A stretch of 64,000 bases of DNA from Spirochaetia bacterium (GTDB taxonomy: Bacteria; Spirochaetota; Spirochaetia; SZUA-6; Bin103), in the NCBI GenBank assembly GCA_965203515.1, contig OZ241907.1:2176001-2240000 (forward strand). Reading direction: 5' to 3'. The notes under the pieces are model-generated. The model did not search any database, had not been told where the DNA came from, and saw only the letters and a program-made list of their open reading frames with translations. A program made the position numbers and the translations under genes. Of the stretch, positions 47,452 to 56,989 are shown in pieces (position 1 is the stretch's first letter; every line of letters starts with the position of its first letter).

Positions 47452-48870
47452 ATGAGGCGGCCCGTCAGGCGCGTCAGGGGTTCGGCCGCGCTGCTGGTCC
47501 GGGCGGCGGCGGTGCTGACGGCGACGGTGCTGGGGGCGGCGCCGTCTGCGGCCGACGAGCTGGAGGTGGTCGTGGGCGGCCTGGTGCGGCTCGAGCATTA
47601 CTGGCTGGCGGAGGATCGATCCTCCGCCGACGACCGGTCGCGGCTTACCGCGCTGAGCCAGATCCGGGCCGGCGCCGGCGACACGTGGACGGCGTACCTG
47701 GAGCTGATCGGGCACCTCCGGGTCGACCCCGACGGCGCCGCCGTGGCGCCCGACGAGTTGACCTTGGGCGACGCCGACGATCTGGTCCGCCAAGCGTACC
47801 TCTCGTTGCGGCTGGGCGCGTTCGACGTCGACCTCGGCAAGAAGTTCGTGACCTGGGGCAAGGTCGACTTTGCCAGCCCGCTCGACGTCGTCAACCACTT
47901 CGACGGCGACCTGCTGGCGCTGACGGATCCGCTGCACGGCCCGCGCGCCGACCCGCTGCTGCACGTCACCGCCTATCCGAGCGATGACCTGAGCGTGGAG
48001 CTGGTCTACGTACCGTTTCTCGCGCCCAACCTGCTGCCCTTCGAGGAGCTGGAACTCGACTTCCGGTTGGGCGCGCTCGCCGTGGACGCCGCGTTGCGCT
48101 ACCCGAAAACGGCGCCGTTCGCGGAGTGGGCGCACTCGCTGCACGGCGCGGTCTCCTGGTCCACCTTCCTGCTCGACCTGCAGGTGACCTACTCCTGGTT
48201 CCGCGACCAGATGCCCGACCTCGATCTGAGCCGGCTGCAGGAGCGGATCGGAGCGCGGCACGAGATCGAGGGCGTGGTGGTCCCCGCATACTACCGCGCC
48301 CATAACGTCGGCCTCGGCGCCAGCCTGGACCTCGGCGGCTGGGTGATCTCAGCCGACGCCGGCGCCAAGTTCCTCGAGCAGAACCTCGACGGAACGCGCA
48401 TCGACATCAAGAACCCGGAGCTCCGCTCCGCGCTGCAGGTCGACCGCCTGTTCGCGGTCGGGCAGCAACCGCTCACCGCCACCGCCGGCGTAGCCCACCG
48501 CCTGGTACTCTACGACCGGAGCGCCTGGCGGTCGCCGTACAGCGAATTCCTCACCAACTTCATCGGCACCGAGGCCGACCGCCGCCTGCACCTCCAGCAC
48601 GAGCCGTCGACCTGGTACCTGTTGAGCCGCCTGCAGACCAGCTTGCTGCGCGAACGGCTCAGCGCCGAAACGACCGCGGTGTGGGGCGTCAGCGAGCAGG
48701 CGCTGCACTTGGCGCCGCGGCTGAGCTACGCGATCACCGATTCCTGGTCGGTGGCCGGCGGCGCCAACCTGTGGCTGATGCTCGACGGCCCCGACAGCGC
48801 CAGGACGGGATTGCTGCGCCGGGACGACGCCAAAGACAACGTGTTCTTCCGGGCCACGCTGCGCTACTGA
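47452..48870 (+). CDS. Predicted outer-membrane beta-barrel (DUF1302-like)
   Basis: Signal peptide; RQAY...GKKFVTWG..D..SPLD; C-terminal beta-signal FFRATLRY. Confidence 0.7.
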   Translation: MRRPVRRVRGSAALLVRAAAVLTATVLGAAPSAADELEVVVGGLVRLEHYWLAEDRSSADDRSRLTALSQIRAGAGDTWTAYLELIGHLRVDPDGAAVAPDELTLGDADDLVRQAYLSLRLGAFDVDLGKKFVTWGKVDFASPLDVVNHFDGDLLALTDPLHGPRADPLLHVTAYPSDDLSVELVYVPFLAPNLLPFEELELDFRLGALAVDAALRYPKTAPFAEWAHSLHGAVSWSTFLLDLQVTYSWFRDQMPDLDLSRLQERIGARHEIEGVVVPAYYRAHNVGLGASLDLGGWVISADAGAKFLEQNLDGTRIDIKNPELRSALQVDRLFAVGQQPLTATAGVAHRLVLYDRSAWRSPYSEFLTNFIGTEADRRLHLQHEPSTWYLLSRLQTSLLRERLSAETTAVWGVSEQALHLAPRLSYAITDSWSVAGGANLWLMLDGPDSARTGLLRRDDAKDNVFFRATLRY

Positions 48871-48903
48871 CGCCGCCCTGGACAGCCTGCCGTCCGCCGG
48901 CCG

Positions 48904-49443
48904 CTAACTCGCCGCCGCCTGCTTCGTGAGCGTGAGCTTCTCTTCGGCCGTCTTCGTTGCCCCAAGCAACCTGAGTGCCTGACCGCTGACCTTGAGATCG
49001 TTACCCATCAGTTCGTACGTCAGGGTCTGCGGAGCCGTGGTCAGCGCCGGTCTGATGGCAGCAGGGATGGCATCTTCCGGGGTCACGTTGGTGATGGTGA
49101 CCTCAATCTCCGCAGCTTTCACCTCCATGCTCCCGGTCACTGTGATCGGCGGCTGCGGCGGCGCCGATTCCGGCGCCGTGGTCGTTACCATGAGCGAAAT
49201 GGTACCCATGTTCGAGCCGGTGCCCTTCGCGATCGTTGCCGTGACGACCCTCGTTACCGGAATCTTCTGCTCCGGGGTCTCGCCAGCCGCCGGAATAGTG
49301 ACCGTCGCGGCTATCGAACCTGACATCCAGGTGCCGACCAGCGGCGTCACGTAGTCTGTCTTCCTTGTTGCACCGCCGCAGCCGGCCAACACCACCATGG
49401 CGACGAGCGCGATCCCGCCAAGCGAAACGAATCTGAATCTCAT
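48904..49443 (-). CDS. Hypothetical lipoprotein (lipocalin-like LVGTW motif)
   Basis: Lipobox VLAGC; SD GGAGG; upstream TTGACA-N17-CATGCT. Confidence 0.7.
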   Translation of the reverse strand: MRFRFVSLGGIALVAMVVLAGCGGATRKTDYVTPLVGTWMSGSIAATVTIPAAGETPEQKIPVTRVVTATIAKGTGSNMGTISLMVTTTAPESAPPQPPITVTGSMEVKAAEIEVTITNVTPEDAIPAAIRPALTTAPQTLTYELMGNDLKVSGQALRLLGATKTAEEKLTLTKQAAAS

Positions 49444-49521
49444 TCCGATTCCTCCCCGTGTGGGTCGATTCATCCGTACACCCACCGTGCCTGAGCATGT
49501 GACGACCCGGGCGGCCTGTCA

Positions 49522-49673
49522 AGCTACGCGCTAGGCGAGCAGTTCGTCGGCGGTATGGACGACCCGATAGCGGGCCGGCGACTCGCCCGCGCGCCGTCGG
49601 CCGCAGGGCGTCGTACACCACGGGGCTGAAAGCTGACGGTGAGTGGCGACGGAGTAGCTGCTGCCGGCGATTC
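49522..49673. repeat. Diverged fused copy of the res 3' end (35778-35849) and the mod upstream region (40689-40777)
   Basis: Direct alignment: 67/72 identity to the res end, then ~80% identity to the mod upstream segment, joined at a shared GCGCG. Confidence 0.85.
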
Positions 49674-49674
49674 A

Positions 49675-50460
49675 GGCCTCCCGACGCTGAGGGCGGAGCC
49701 TACTCGCGCGCGCTGGATTTGCGGCTGGACGCGGCGGCCGGCACTGCGGTGAAGGTGTGGGAATACCGGCCGACGCCGGACAACTACGCGCCGTCCCTGA
49801 GCAGTGCCTACCGGCTGAGCAACGGCAATACGCTGGTCAACTTCTCCCGGGGAGACCATGCAGGAAACCGCTCGGTGGTGGAGGTGGATGCTGCCGGCAA
49901 CGAAGTGTTCCGGATCGATAATCCGCCGTTGCATGCAGGTGAGGACTTGCCGGTGCGTTATCGAGTCTACGACGGCATCGTGGCGATCATGGACGAAACC
50001 ACGCTGCGGCCGCCGGCGGCGGCGCCTGCGCACGTGCGCGTCGCGACGTTCGAGAAGGATTACTACTTGGCCAAGGAGCAGGCGCGGTTCCGCGAACTGG
50101 AGGAGTCCCTGGACGGACGGCAGCGCGCTGCCGGCGGGGCGTTCGACGTGTATCAGGCAGGGGGCGGCTGGTATACGCGAACGGATCCTGCCGTCCGTGG
50201 GATGTCCGGGAGCGCTTCTTTCCGCACGTCTTCCCGGTCGCCGAAGACGACTTGGCCGCCGTCAACCGGGAACGGGGATTCGACAATCTCGGTTTCAGTT
50301 TCTGGACGCGCGGCGTGCTCCTGGAAGGCACCTGCCTGATGGCCGCGACACTCCCGGAGTATGAGATCGCCCATGTCCGGACTGGCCAGTACATCAGCGG
50401 CGAAGGCTAGCTCTGGACTGCGGAGATTGCAATGCCGTCCGCGGCGCAGCAGCGTGATGC
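49675..50460 (+). pseudogene. Arylsulfotransferase fragment 2 with C-terminal domain (frameshift and internal stop)
   Basis: PDAEGGAYSRALDLRLD...KVWEYRP...SSAYRLSNGNTLVNF...VEVD; frameshift near 50160-50190; TAG at ~50408. End approximate. Confidence 0.7.
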
Positions 50461-50537
50461 CATCGAGCCGGAGCCCAACCGGTAACGGAGGGCGAACCGG
50501 CGGACGGCTCGAACTCCTTCGCCAAGTCCTCCGGCGC

Positions 50538-52130
50538 TTACATACCCCACACGGTGATCGGCGGGCCGGCGGCGTCGGATGCGGATGCTGTGCGGCGGAA
50601 CAGCTTCTGCTCCCACGGCTTGTCCGCGCTGCGGTCGAAGATCACCAGGTGCCCCTCGCCGGCGCCGCAGCGGTCCAGGTAGGCGCGGGTCTGGGCGAGC
50701 CCGTCGCGGATGGTCCGCTCCAGGCTGCGGTGCAGCAGCTTGCACTCGATCACCATCCGACGGGTGCGCCCGGGCGGCGCCGCGGCCGGCCAGACGATCA
50801 GCAGGTCGGTGCGCATCCGGCCCAGGCCATACTCGCGTTCGATGCGCCCGCCGCTGTTGACGATGCGCTGCAGGAACGCCTGCAACAGCAACTGGGGGCC
50901 GGCTTCGCGGTACTGAAAGCGCTCGATCCAGTGCTCGGAGTGCGCGCGAAAGAACTCCTGGAACGCGGCCAGCAGCTCGGTGAGCCGCAGGTTGCCCGCG
51001 GCGTCCACGTACCACGCCGGGTCGTGCGTGAAGGCCGCCTGAGTGGTCCAGGTGAGGTCGCGCGGGATCATCTCGCGGTAGATCGGGTTGGCGATGCGGA
51101 CCGGATCGTCCCGCGCCGCCAGGCCCAGGTCGCGTACGTACTGCAGGTCGTCCGGGCGCATCTCGGTGGTCGCCTGCCCGCTCAGCAGCGGGGCGATCAC
51201 CCGGTGCACGCGCGCTTCCTGCAGCTTGTCGGCAAGCTGGTCCAGGTGGGTGTCGCGGCGCACGATGAGCTGCTCGCGCGCGGCGTGGATGGCGTCCGCG
51301 GTGAGTGGGCGGCTGCGGTCGCGGCCGGCGGGGCCGCGGTCGCACGCCTCGTGGGCCAGGGCGTTCACCAGCCACGGCTGGCCGGCGGTCAGCTCCCACA
51401 CCGTTTCCAGGGCGGCGGCGGTCCACGGCTGGCCCGTCTCGGCGCTGTATTGGGCGAGCAAGGCACGCACCTCGGTTGCTGAAAAATCCCCCAACCGCAG
51501 CGACTCGGCCTTGACGTTGAAGGCGCTGCCGCCGGTGATCACGGCGTTTTCGCTGCTCGAACGGATGCGGTAGTCGCGCACGTCGCGCACCCCGCACAGG
51601 ATCACGCTCTGCGGAAAGTGCCGCGGGCGCCGCGCGTAGCCGGTGCGCAGTTGGCGCAGCACCGCGATCAGGGTGTCGCCGACCAGCGCGTCGATCTCGT
51701 CGATCAGGAGCACCAGCGGTTTGCGGTCGGCCGCCGCCCAGCGGCTCAGAACTTCGCGCAGGCAGTTGTGCGGCCCGGCGCGTTCCAGCGCCTCCGGCCA
51801 GATCTGCGCCGGGAACGGATCGTCCAGCACGATGCGCGCCTCGCCGGCCAGTTCGTTGAGGATGGCGCGCATGGCGGCGCCGACGTCCTCGCGCGCGGAC
51901 TGGCCGCTCTCGACGTTGACGTAGAGGCAGCGGTAGGCGCCGCCGGCGTTCAGTTCGTCGGTGAGCGCCAGCAAGGCCGATGTCTTGCCGGTCTGGCGCG
52001 GCGCGTGCAGCACGAAGTAGCGCTGCTGCCGCATGAGGGTGCGCACCTCGCTTTCGTCCAGCCGGCTCAACGGCGGGATGCAGTAGTGGGCGTCCGGTTG
52101 CATCGGCCCGGCGGTGTTGAAGAAGCGCAT
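50538..52130 (-). CDS. AAA ATPase with C-terminal PD-(D/E)XK-like domain
   Basis: FNTAGP, HAPRQTGKTS, LIDEID, SAFNVK, GQPWLVN, EREYGLGRMRTDL...IECK. Confidence 0.9.
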   Translation of the reverse strand: MRFFNTAGPMQPDAHYCIPPLSRLDESEVRTLMRQQRYFVLHAPRQTGKTSALLALTDELNAGGAYRCLYVNVESGQSAREDVGAAMRAILNELAGEARIVLDDPFPAQIWPEALERAGPHNCLREVLSRWAAADRKPLVLLIDEIDALVGDTLIAVLRQLRTGYARRPRHFPQSVILCGVRDVRDYRIRSSSENAVITGGSAFNVKAESLRLGDFSATEVRALLAQYSAETGQPWTAAALETVWELTAGQPWLVNALAHEACDRGPAGRDRSRPLTADAIHAAREQLIVRRDTHLDQLADKLQEARVHRVIAPLLSGQATTEMRPDDLQYVRDLGLAARDDPVRIANPIYREMIPRDLTWTTQAAFTHDPAWYVDAAGNLRLTELLAAFQEFFRAHSEHWIERFQYREAGPQLLLQAFLQRIVNSGGRIEREYGLGRMRTDLLIVWPAAAPPGRTRRMVIECKLLHRSLERTIRDGLAQTRAYLDRCGAGEGHLVIFDRSADKPWEQKLFRRTASASDAAGPPITVWGM

Positions 52131-52403
52131 CTCCGTTACCGCGTGGGGCGCGGCAGGCGCCCCCTTCGTGCCGCCCCCCCCATTTCAGCGCCCGGCGAGT
52201 TGCGCGGCCGCCAGCCGCGGCGGCAGCCGTCGTCCACTTTCAGATCGTCGATGTGCGGCAGCATGGCGCTGGTTCCTCCTCAAACGGCCTTCAGGGCGGT
52301 GTGCCGGCCGCACGCCGCAGAGGGCCCCTGAGTATGGCACGACTGCGGCCCCACGCGCCCCCGCCCGGACCCTCCTCGACCGGACCGCCCCTCGCCCGGA
52401 CCA

Positions 52404-52574
52404 CCGGCACTGCGGTGAAGGTGTGGGAATACCGGCCGACGCCGGACATATACTCGGAGTCCCTGAGCAGTGCCTACCGGCTGGTATACGCGAAAGGAGC
52501 CTGCCGTCCGCGGGATGTCCGGGCGCGCTTTTCCTGCACGTCTTCCCCGGCCGGCGAAGACGGATTCGACAATC
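52404..52574 (+). pseudogene. Arylsulfotransferase fragment 3, an internally deleted paralog of fragment 2
   Basis: Matches 49738-49817, joined through CGGCTG to 50165-50288. Confidence 0.75.
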
Positions 52575-52633
52575 CGGTGGTGCCAGTGGACCTTGCCGCT
52601 TCCGCGCCGAGTCCATCAGACTGACGGTTGCGT

Positions 52634-53914
52634 ATGGACCATGAAGACGGCCGCAACGGCAAGGCGGTCACGCTCGGACTCTCCCCCAGCTTCGGCTTCG
52701 GCGACCGCATCGGCTTGGCGACGCCGGGCCACGTGCAGGCACTGCGCGCGGCCGGCGGGCCGATCCGGCCGATCTTTCCGCAGCAGTCGATCCGCGAGAT
52801 GCAGCGCACCGGGCGCACGCCCGCAGGCGTGATGGCCGACGCGCTGGCCGGCATGGCGCAGGCCGGCTGGGACGGTCCGACCGGGGCGGACGCCGACCAT
52901 CTCAAGACCCCGGACGACGTGGCGGTGACGACCGCGGCGGGATTCCGCTTCTACACGATCGATCCATCGGACGCCGTGGACGAACACGCCGACCGCTACG
53001 ACGATTCGACCCTGCGCGAGCGCTACGCGGCGGTCCGCGACCAGGTCGACTGGGTAGCCGACTACCGCGGGCGCACGATCACGCTGCCGGGCGACCTGAC
53101 GCTGGAGTTCACCGAGGAGGCCTGCCTGCGCTGCGCGGTCAAGTACGGGCCGGCGCTGAACCGCGCGGCGGACCTGGCGCAGGTGATCCGCTCCCGCAAC
53201 GCCGGCCGCGACTACGAGATCGAGCTCTCCGTCGACGAGACCGAGCAGCCGACCACCCTGGTCGAGCACTACGTCATCGCCGACCAGTGCCGGCGCCGCG
53301 GCGTCCCGCTGGTGGCGCTGGCGCCGCGCTACCTCGGCAACTTCGAGAAAGGGGTAGACTACAAGGGCGACGGCCCGACGCTGGAGCGATCGCTGCGCCG
53401 GCACTTCGCCATCGCCCGCCACTTCGGCCCGTACAAGCTGTCGCTGCACTCCGGGTCGGACAAGCTGTCGATGTATCCGGCGCTGGCGCGCGCCACCGAG
53501 GGATGCTTTCACGTGAAGACCGCCGGCACCTCCTATCTCGAAGCGCTGCGCGTGGTGGCGCGCCACGACCAGGCGCTGTTCCGGCGCATCATCGCCTTCG
53601 CCCGCTCCCGCTACGATACCGACCGGGCGACCTATCACGTGTCGGCGACCGTGGAGCGGGTGCCGCCGCCCGAGCGCCTGAGCGGGCCGGAGCTGGAGGC
53701 GGTCTATCTGGAGCGGTGGCAGGACGTGGCCGCCGGCGCGGGATTCCGCGCGCCGGGGCGGCAGATACTGCACTGCACCTTCGGCTCCACCCTGACCCAT
53801 GCCGAACTGGGGCCGGCCGTGCGGGCGACGCTCGAAGCGCACCCCGGCACCTACGCCGAGGTGTTGGCCGAGCACTTCGCCCACCACCTGCGCAGCTTGG
53901 CCGCCGGCCTGTAG
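52634..53914 (+). CDS. uxaE: Tagaturonate/fructuronate epimerase
   Basis: FGFGDRIGLATPGH, QQSIREM, GADADHLK, ELSVDET, FEKGVDY, HSGSDK, HVKTAGTSYLE. Confidence 0.9.
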   Translation: MDHEDGRNGKAVTLGLSPSFGFGDRIGLATPGHVQALRAAGGPIRPIFPQQSIREMQRTGRTPAGVMADALAGMAQAGWDGPTGADADHLKTPDDVAVTTAAGFRFYTIDPSDAVDEHADRYDDSTLRERYAAVRDQVDWVADYRGRTITLPGDLTLEFTEEACLRCAVKYGPALNRAADLAQVIRSRNAGRDYEIELSVDETEQPTTLVEHYVIADQCRRRGVPLVALAPRYLGNFEKGVDYKGDGPTLERSLRRHFAIARHFGPYKLSLHSGSDKLSMYPALARATEGCFHVKTAGTSYLEALRVVARHDQALFRRIIAFARSRYDTDRATYHVSATVERVPPPERLSGPELEAVYLERWQDVAAGAGFRAPGRQILHCTFGSTLTHAELGPAVRATLEAHPGTYAEVLAEHFAHHLRSLAAGL

Positions 53915-53953
53915 CGGCCGGCGGCTACCGGTATGCCCGGCAAGCCCGGCAGA

Positions 53954-54385
53954 TCATGGAGGTGTCATCACGTCGATGGCGGGCGCGAAGGCTGCGTAGT
54001 GGCGCACGTTCCAGGTAACGATCGTCGATGCCCGTGCCTTCAGCGCGGCTACCGCGATAAGTACGTCATACATCTGCCCGCCGATCACCGTGCGCCGCTC
54101 TGCCTCGTGCAGCGCACCCCACATTTCGGGGCCAGTCAGGTGTACGGTCGGCGTATCACTCCAATTCCTCTCGATCAGAGCGACGGCATCAGCCGCCCGG
54201 AGCCGATGCGGCGCCGGCAGACGCGTGAGGACGGCATAGGTCTCCGCCAACGAGTGGGCGGCGACGACCAACTGCTCGTCATTGCGCTCTCGTAGCTCAA
54301 TCTCGGCGTGGGTTCGGGGGTGAAATTCGTGCCATGAACTTACGGCCGCAATCAGGACGCTCGTGTCGCAGAGATAGCGGGTCAC
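53954..54385 (-). CDS. vapC: PIN-domain toxin VapC
   Basis: CDTSVL, LAETY, YDVLI, VTWN. Confidence 0.88.
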   Translation of the reverse strand: MTRYLCDTSVLIAAVSSWHEFHPRTHAEIELRERNDEQLVVAAHSLAETYAVLTRLPAPHRLRAADAVALIERNWSDTPTVHLTGPEMWGALHEAERRTVIGGQMYDVLIAVAALKARASTIVTWNVRHYAAFAPAIDVMTPP

Positions 54386-54654
54386 TCCGCAAGTCCGCGC
54401 GCCACCGGCCTGCGGCGAAGCTCGCCGATCGTTTCCTCCACCTCCGTGGTCCGCAGGACGGGCTGTTCCACCGGTGGTACCGCGACCACGAGAGAGCCGC
54501 GGCGCTGCAGCGTGACCGTCAGCGGAACCGGCTCGAGCTCCACACGGCCGTCCCGCAGCCGAAACCGGATCTCCGTGCCGGGTTGTAGCTGCGCTGCTTC
54601 GCGAATCGCCTTGGGCACGACGATACGGCCGGCGCGGTCAATGGTTCTTTTCAT
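54382..54654 (-). CDS. vapB: AbrB/MazE-type antitoxin VapB
   Basis: IDRAGRIVVPKAIRE..LQPG; GTGA overlap with the toxin. Confidence 0.88.
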   Translation of the reverse strand: MKRTIDRAGRIVVPKAIREAAQLQPGTEIRFRLRDGRVELEPVPLTVTLQRRGSLVVAVPPVEQPVLRTTEVEETIGELRRRPVARGLAE

Positions 54655-55050
54655 GGCAATTTCACTACCACGTCCTCCGCCACTTCGCAAGCCGCATCAA
54701 GATCATCCTGCGCGTGGAGTTGAAGGAACTGGGCGCCCGGCCGTTCGCCTGATCCAGCCGGCGTGTTTTTGCGGGATACTGGAGCGCACTGATGGGTAGA
54801 TGGTGAGGTGGTCCTGGTTGGTTGGACAGGTTGAGGGGCAGAATAAGGTGTACTCGGGTGGTTGCGCTACCCCCTCGGTCGCTTCGCTTGCGAATGCGGC
54901 GGTAAGGCCGGGGTGCCGGGCGACGACCTCGATCCTGGGATGGCGGTCGCCACTCACACCCGCTCGCCTCGTAGACCGGCATCAGCGCGGTCATCCGCCG
55001 CCTGTCTTGAATCAGCGGCCCTCCTGTCTGGTGACTTCGTCGGTCCATCG

Positions 55051-55932
55051 CTACGCCGCCTGCTCGCTGGCCGCCCGCGTGCCGTCGTAGCACTGCGCCG
55101 GCGTGCGCCCGCCGAGCGCCGAGTGCGGCCGCTGCTCGTTGTAGAACGCCATCCACTGCCCGATCACCCGCCGCGCCGCCCTGCCGTCGGCCAACTCGTG
55201 CAGGTAGACCGCCTCGTACTTCAACGACCGCCACAGCCGCTCGATGAACACGTTGTCCATGCATCGGCGGCGGCCATCCATCGAGCACCGGATGCCGGCC
55301 GCCCGCAGCCGCTCGGTGAACGCCCGGCTCGTGAACTGCCTGCCCTGATCGGTGTTGAAGACCTGCGGCCGTCCGTACCGCCGCAGCGCCTCGTCGAGCG
55401 CCGCGAGGCAGAACGCGGTGTCCAGCGTGTTGCTCAGCCGCCACGCCAGCACCCGCCGGCTCGCCCAGTCCATGACTGCCACCAGGTACAGATATCCTTC
55501 CTGCACCGGGATGTAGGTGATGTCGGCGCACCACACGTGGTTCGCCCGCTCGATGCTCAGGCCGCGCAGCAGATACGGGTACACGCAGTGTTCGGGATGC
55601 GCCGTGCTGGTGCGCGGCTTGCGGTAGATCGCCTCCAGGCCGAGCAGATGCATCAGCCGGCGGACCCGGTGGCGGCCGACCGTCACTTCCTCCTGTTCGA
55701 GATGGCGCGCCATCTGGCGGCTGCCGTAGAACGGGTAGCACAGGTACAACTGGTCGATGCGGCGCATCAGCGCCAAGGTCTCGGCGCTGTGGCCCTGCGG
55801 CGCGTAGTACAGCGTCGAGCGACTCATCGCCAGCAGCCGGCACTGCCGGCTGACGCTCAGGTGTTGGTGGGCTCGATCGACCATCGTGCGCCGTTGGTCG
55901 CGGCTCAACGAGCGAGCCCGCGCGCTAAAAAA
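55051..55932 (-). CDS. IS3 transposase OrfB (DDE), probably reached by -1 frameshift at TTTTTTA 55932-55926
   Basis: WCADITY, NTDQG, DNVFIERLWRSLKYE, RPHSAL. Confidence 0.9.
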   Translation of the reverse strand, partial: FFSARARSLSRDQRRTMVDRAHQHLSVSRQCRLLAMSRSTLYYAPQGHSAETLALMRRIDQLYLCYPFYGSRQMARHLEQEEVTVGRHRVRRLMHLLGLEAIYRKPRTSTAHPEHCVYPYLLRGLSIERANHVWCADITYIPVQEGYLYLVAVMDWASRRVLAWRLSNTLDTAFCLAALDEALRRYGRPQVFNTDQGRQFTSRAFTERLRAAGIRCSMDGRRRCMDNVFIERLWRSLKYEAVYLHELADGRAARRVIGQWMAFYNEQRPHSALGGRTPAQCYDGTRAASEQAA

Positions 55933-56189
55933 TCGCGCTCCACGGTCAACTCGCCGATCTTGGCGTGCAGGTCGTGGATGATCGCTTCGTGATCGTCCTG
56001 CCGGCGCTTGGCGCCGGTGGCGAACAGGTCGTGCAAGCCGTCGACGGCTTGCCGCTTCCAGTCGCTGACTTGGTTGGGATGCACCGCGTGATCGGCGGCG
56101 ATCGCCTGAATCGTGCGGTCGCCGCTGAGCGCTTCGAGCGCCACGCGCGCTTTGAACTCGGCGGTGAATCGCCGCCGTTTCCTGGCCAT
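55905..56189 (-). CDS. IS3 transposase OrfA
   Basis: MARKRRRFTAEFKARVALEAL HTH; SD GAGGAG. Confidence 0.9.
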   Translation of the reverse strand: MARKRRRFTAEFKARVALEALSGDRTIQAIAADHAVHPNQVSDWKRQAVDGLHDLFATGAKRRQDDHEAIIHDLHAKIGELTVERDFLARGLAR

Positions 56190-56989
56190 CTGGTCGGCCC
56201 TCCTCAAGGCCTGGAGTACACCTTAGCAACCTGTCCAGTTTTCTAGGACCACCTCATGGTTTCTGGTGCGCCACGGGGAGACCGACTGGAACCTCACGGG
56301 CCGCGGGCAGGGACAGTCGGACGTGCCGCTCAACGCCCGGGGACGCGCGCAGGCGCAAGCCACCGCCGCGCGGCTGCGGCCGACGCGCTTCACGACCGCG
56401 TACGCGAGCGACCTGGAGCGCGTCACGCAAACGGCGCAGCCGATCATGCGCGGCCGGGAGCTGCCGCTGATCACCCTGCCCGCGCTGCGGGAGCGGAGCT
56501 ACGGCGCCTGGGAGGGGCTGACTGACGCGGAGATCGCAGCCCGCGACCCGCACCGCTACGCCGCGCGGCTCTCCGGGGGCGACACGTGGGCTCCACCGGG
56601 CGGGGAGAGCATGCGGCACCTGTTCGCGCGGGTAGCGGCCGCGGTCGACCGGCTGCGAGACGCGCACGCCCGGGATGACGGCGACCTGTTGCTGGTCGCG
56701 CACGGCGGCTCGCTGCGCGCGGCGATCGTGCGTCTGCTGAACCTGCCGCCCGCCAGCGTGTGGCGGTTCGCGCTGGACAACTGCGGGCTGTCGGTCGTCA
56801 CCACGTTCGACGACGGCCACACCGCGCTCGAACTGCTGAACGACACCTGCCATCTGCAGGCCGGCGATCCCGCTGCCGGCTGGCAGGCACGCTGGAAGCA
56901 CCTGCCTCCGGTCGACCTGCGCGACATCCGGCGCGATCTTGACGAGAGACTCGATCCAGCCCTGTGAGTGGCGTCAGCAAGACGCCCGA

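Larger units (their letters stand above)
54804..56256 (-). mobile_element. Intact IS3-family element, 1453 bp, with a 3-bp TGG target-site duplication
   Basis: Inverted repeats TGAGGTGGTCCT..TGGACAGGTTG at both ends; TGG at 54801-54803 and 56257-56259. Confidence 0.95.
54792..56967 (+). pseudogene. Histidine phosphatase (phosphoglycerate mutase/CobC-like) disrupted by an IS at codon 4
   Basis: SD GGAG, then ATG GGT AGA TGG (54792-54803), the IS, then TTT CTG GTG CGC CAC GGG GAG. Removing the IS restores MGRWFLVRHGET; ASDLER, LRE and AHGG motifs follow. Confidence 0.9.

Noticed and set aside
55051..56229. Single 392-aa transposase ORF
   Set aside because: Its N-terminal part is the off-frame reading of orfA; the orfA/orfB frameshift arrangement explains it.
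56256..56525. New ATG formed by the IS end (CA+TGG) rescuing the phosphatase
   Set aside because: The ATG at 56256 is out of frame with the RHG reading frame.
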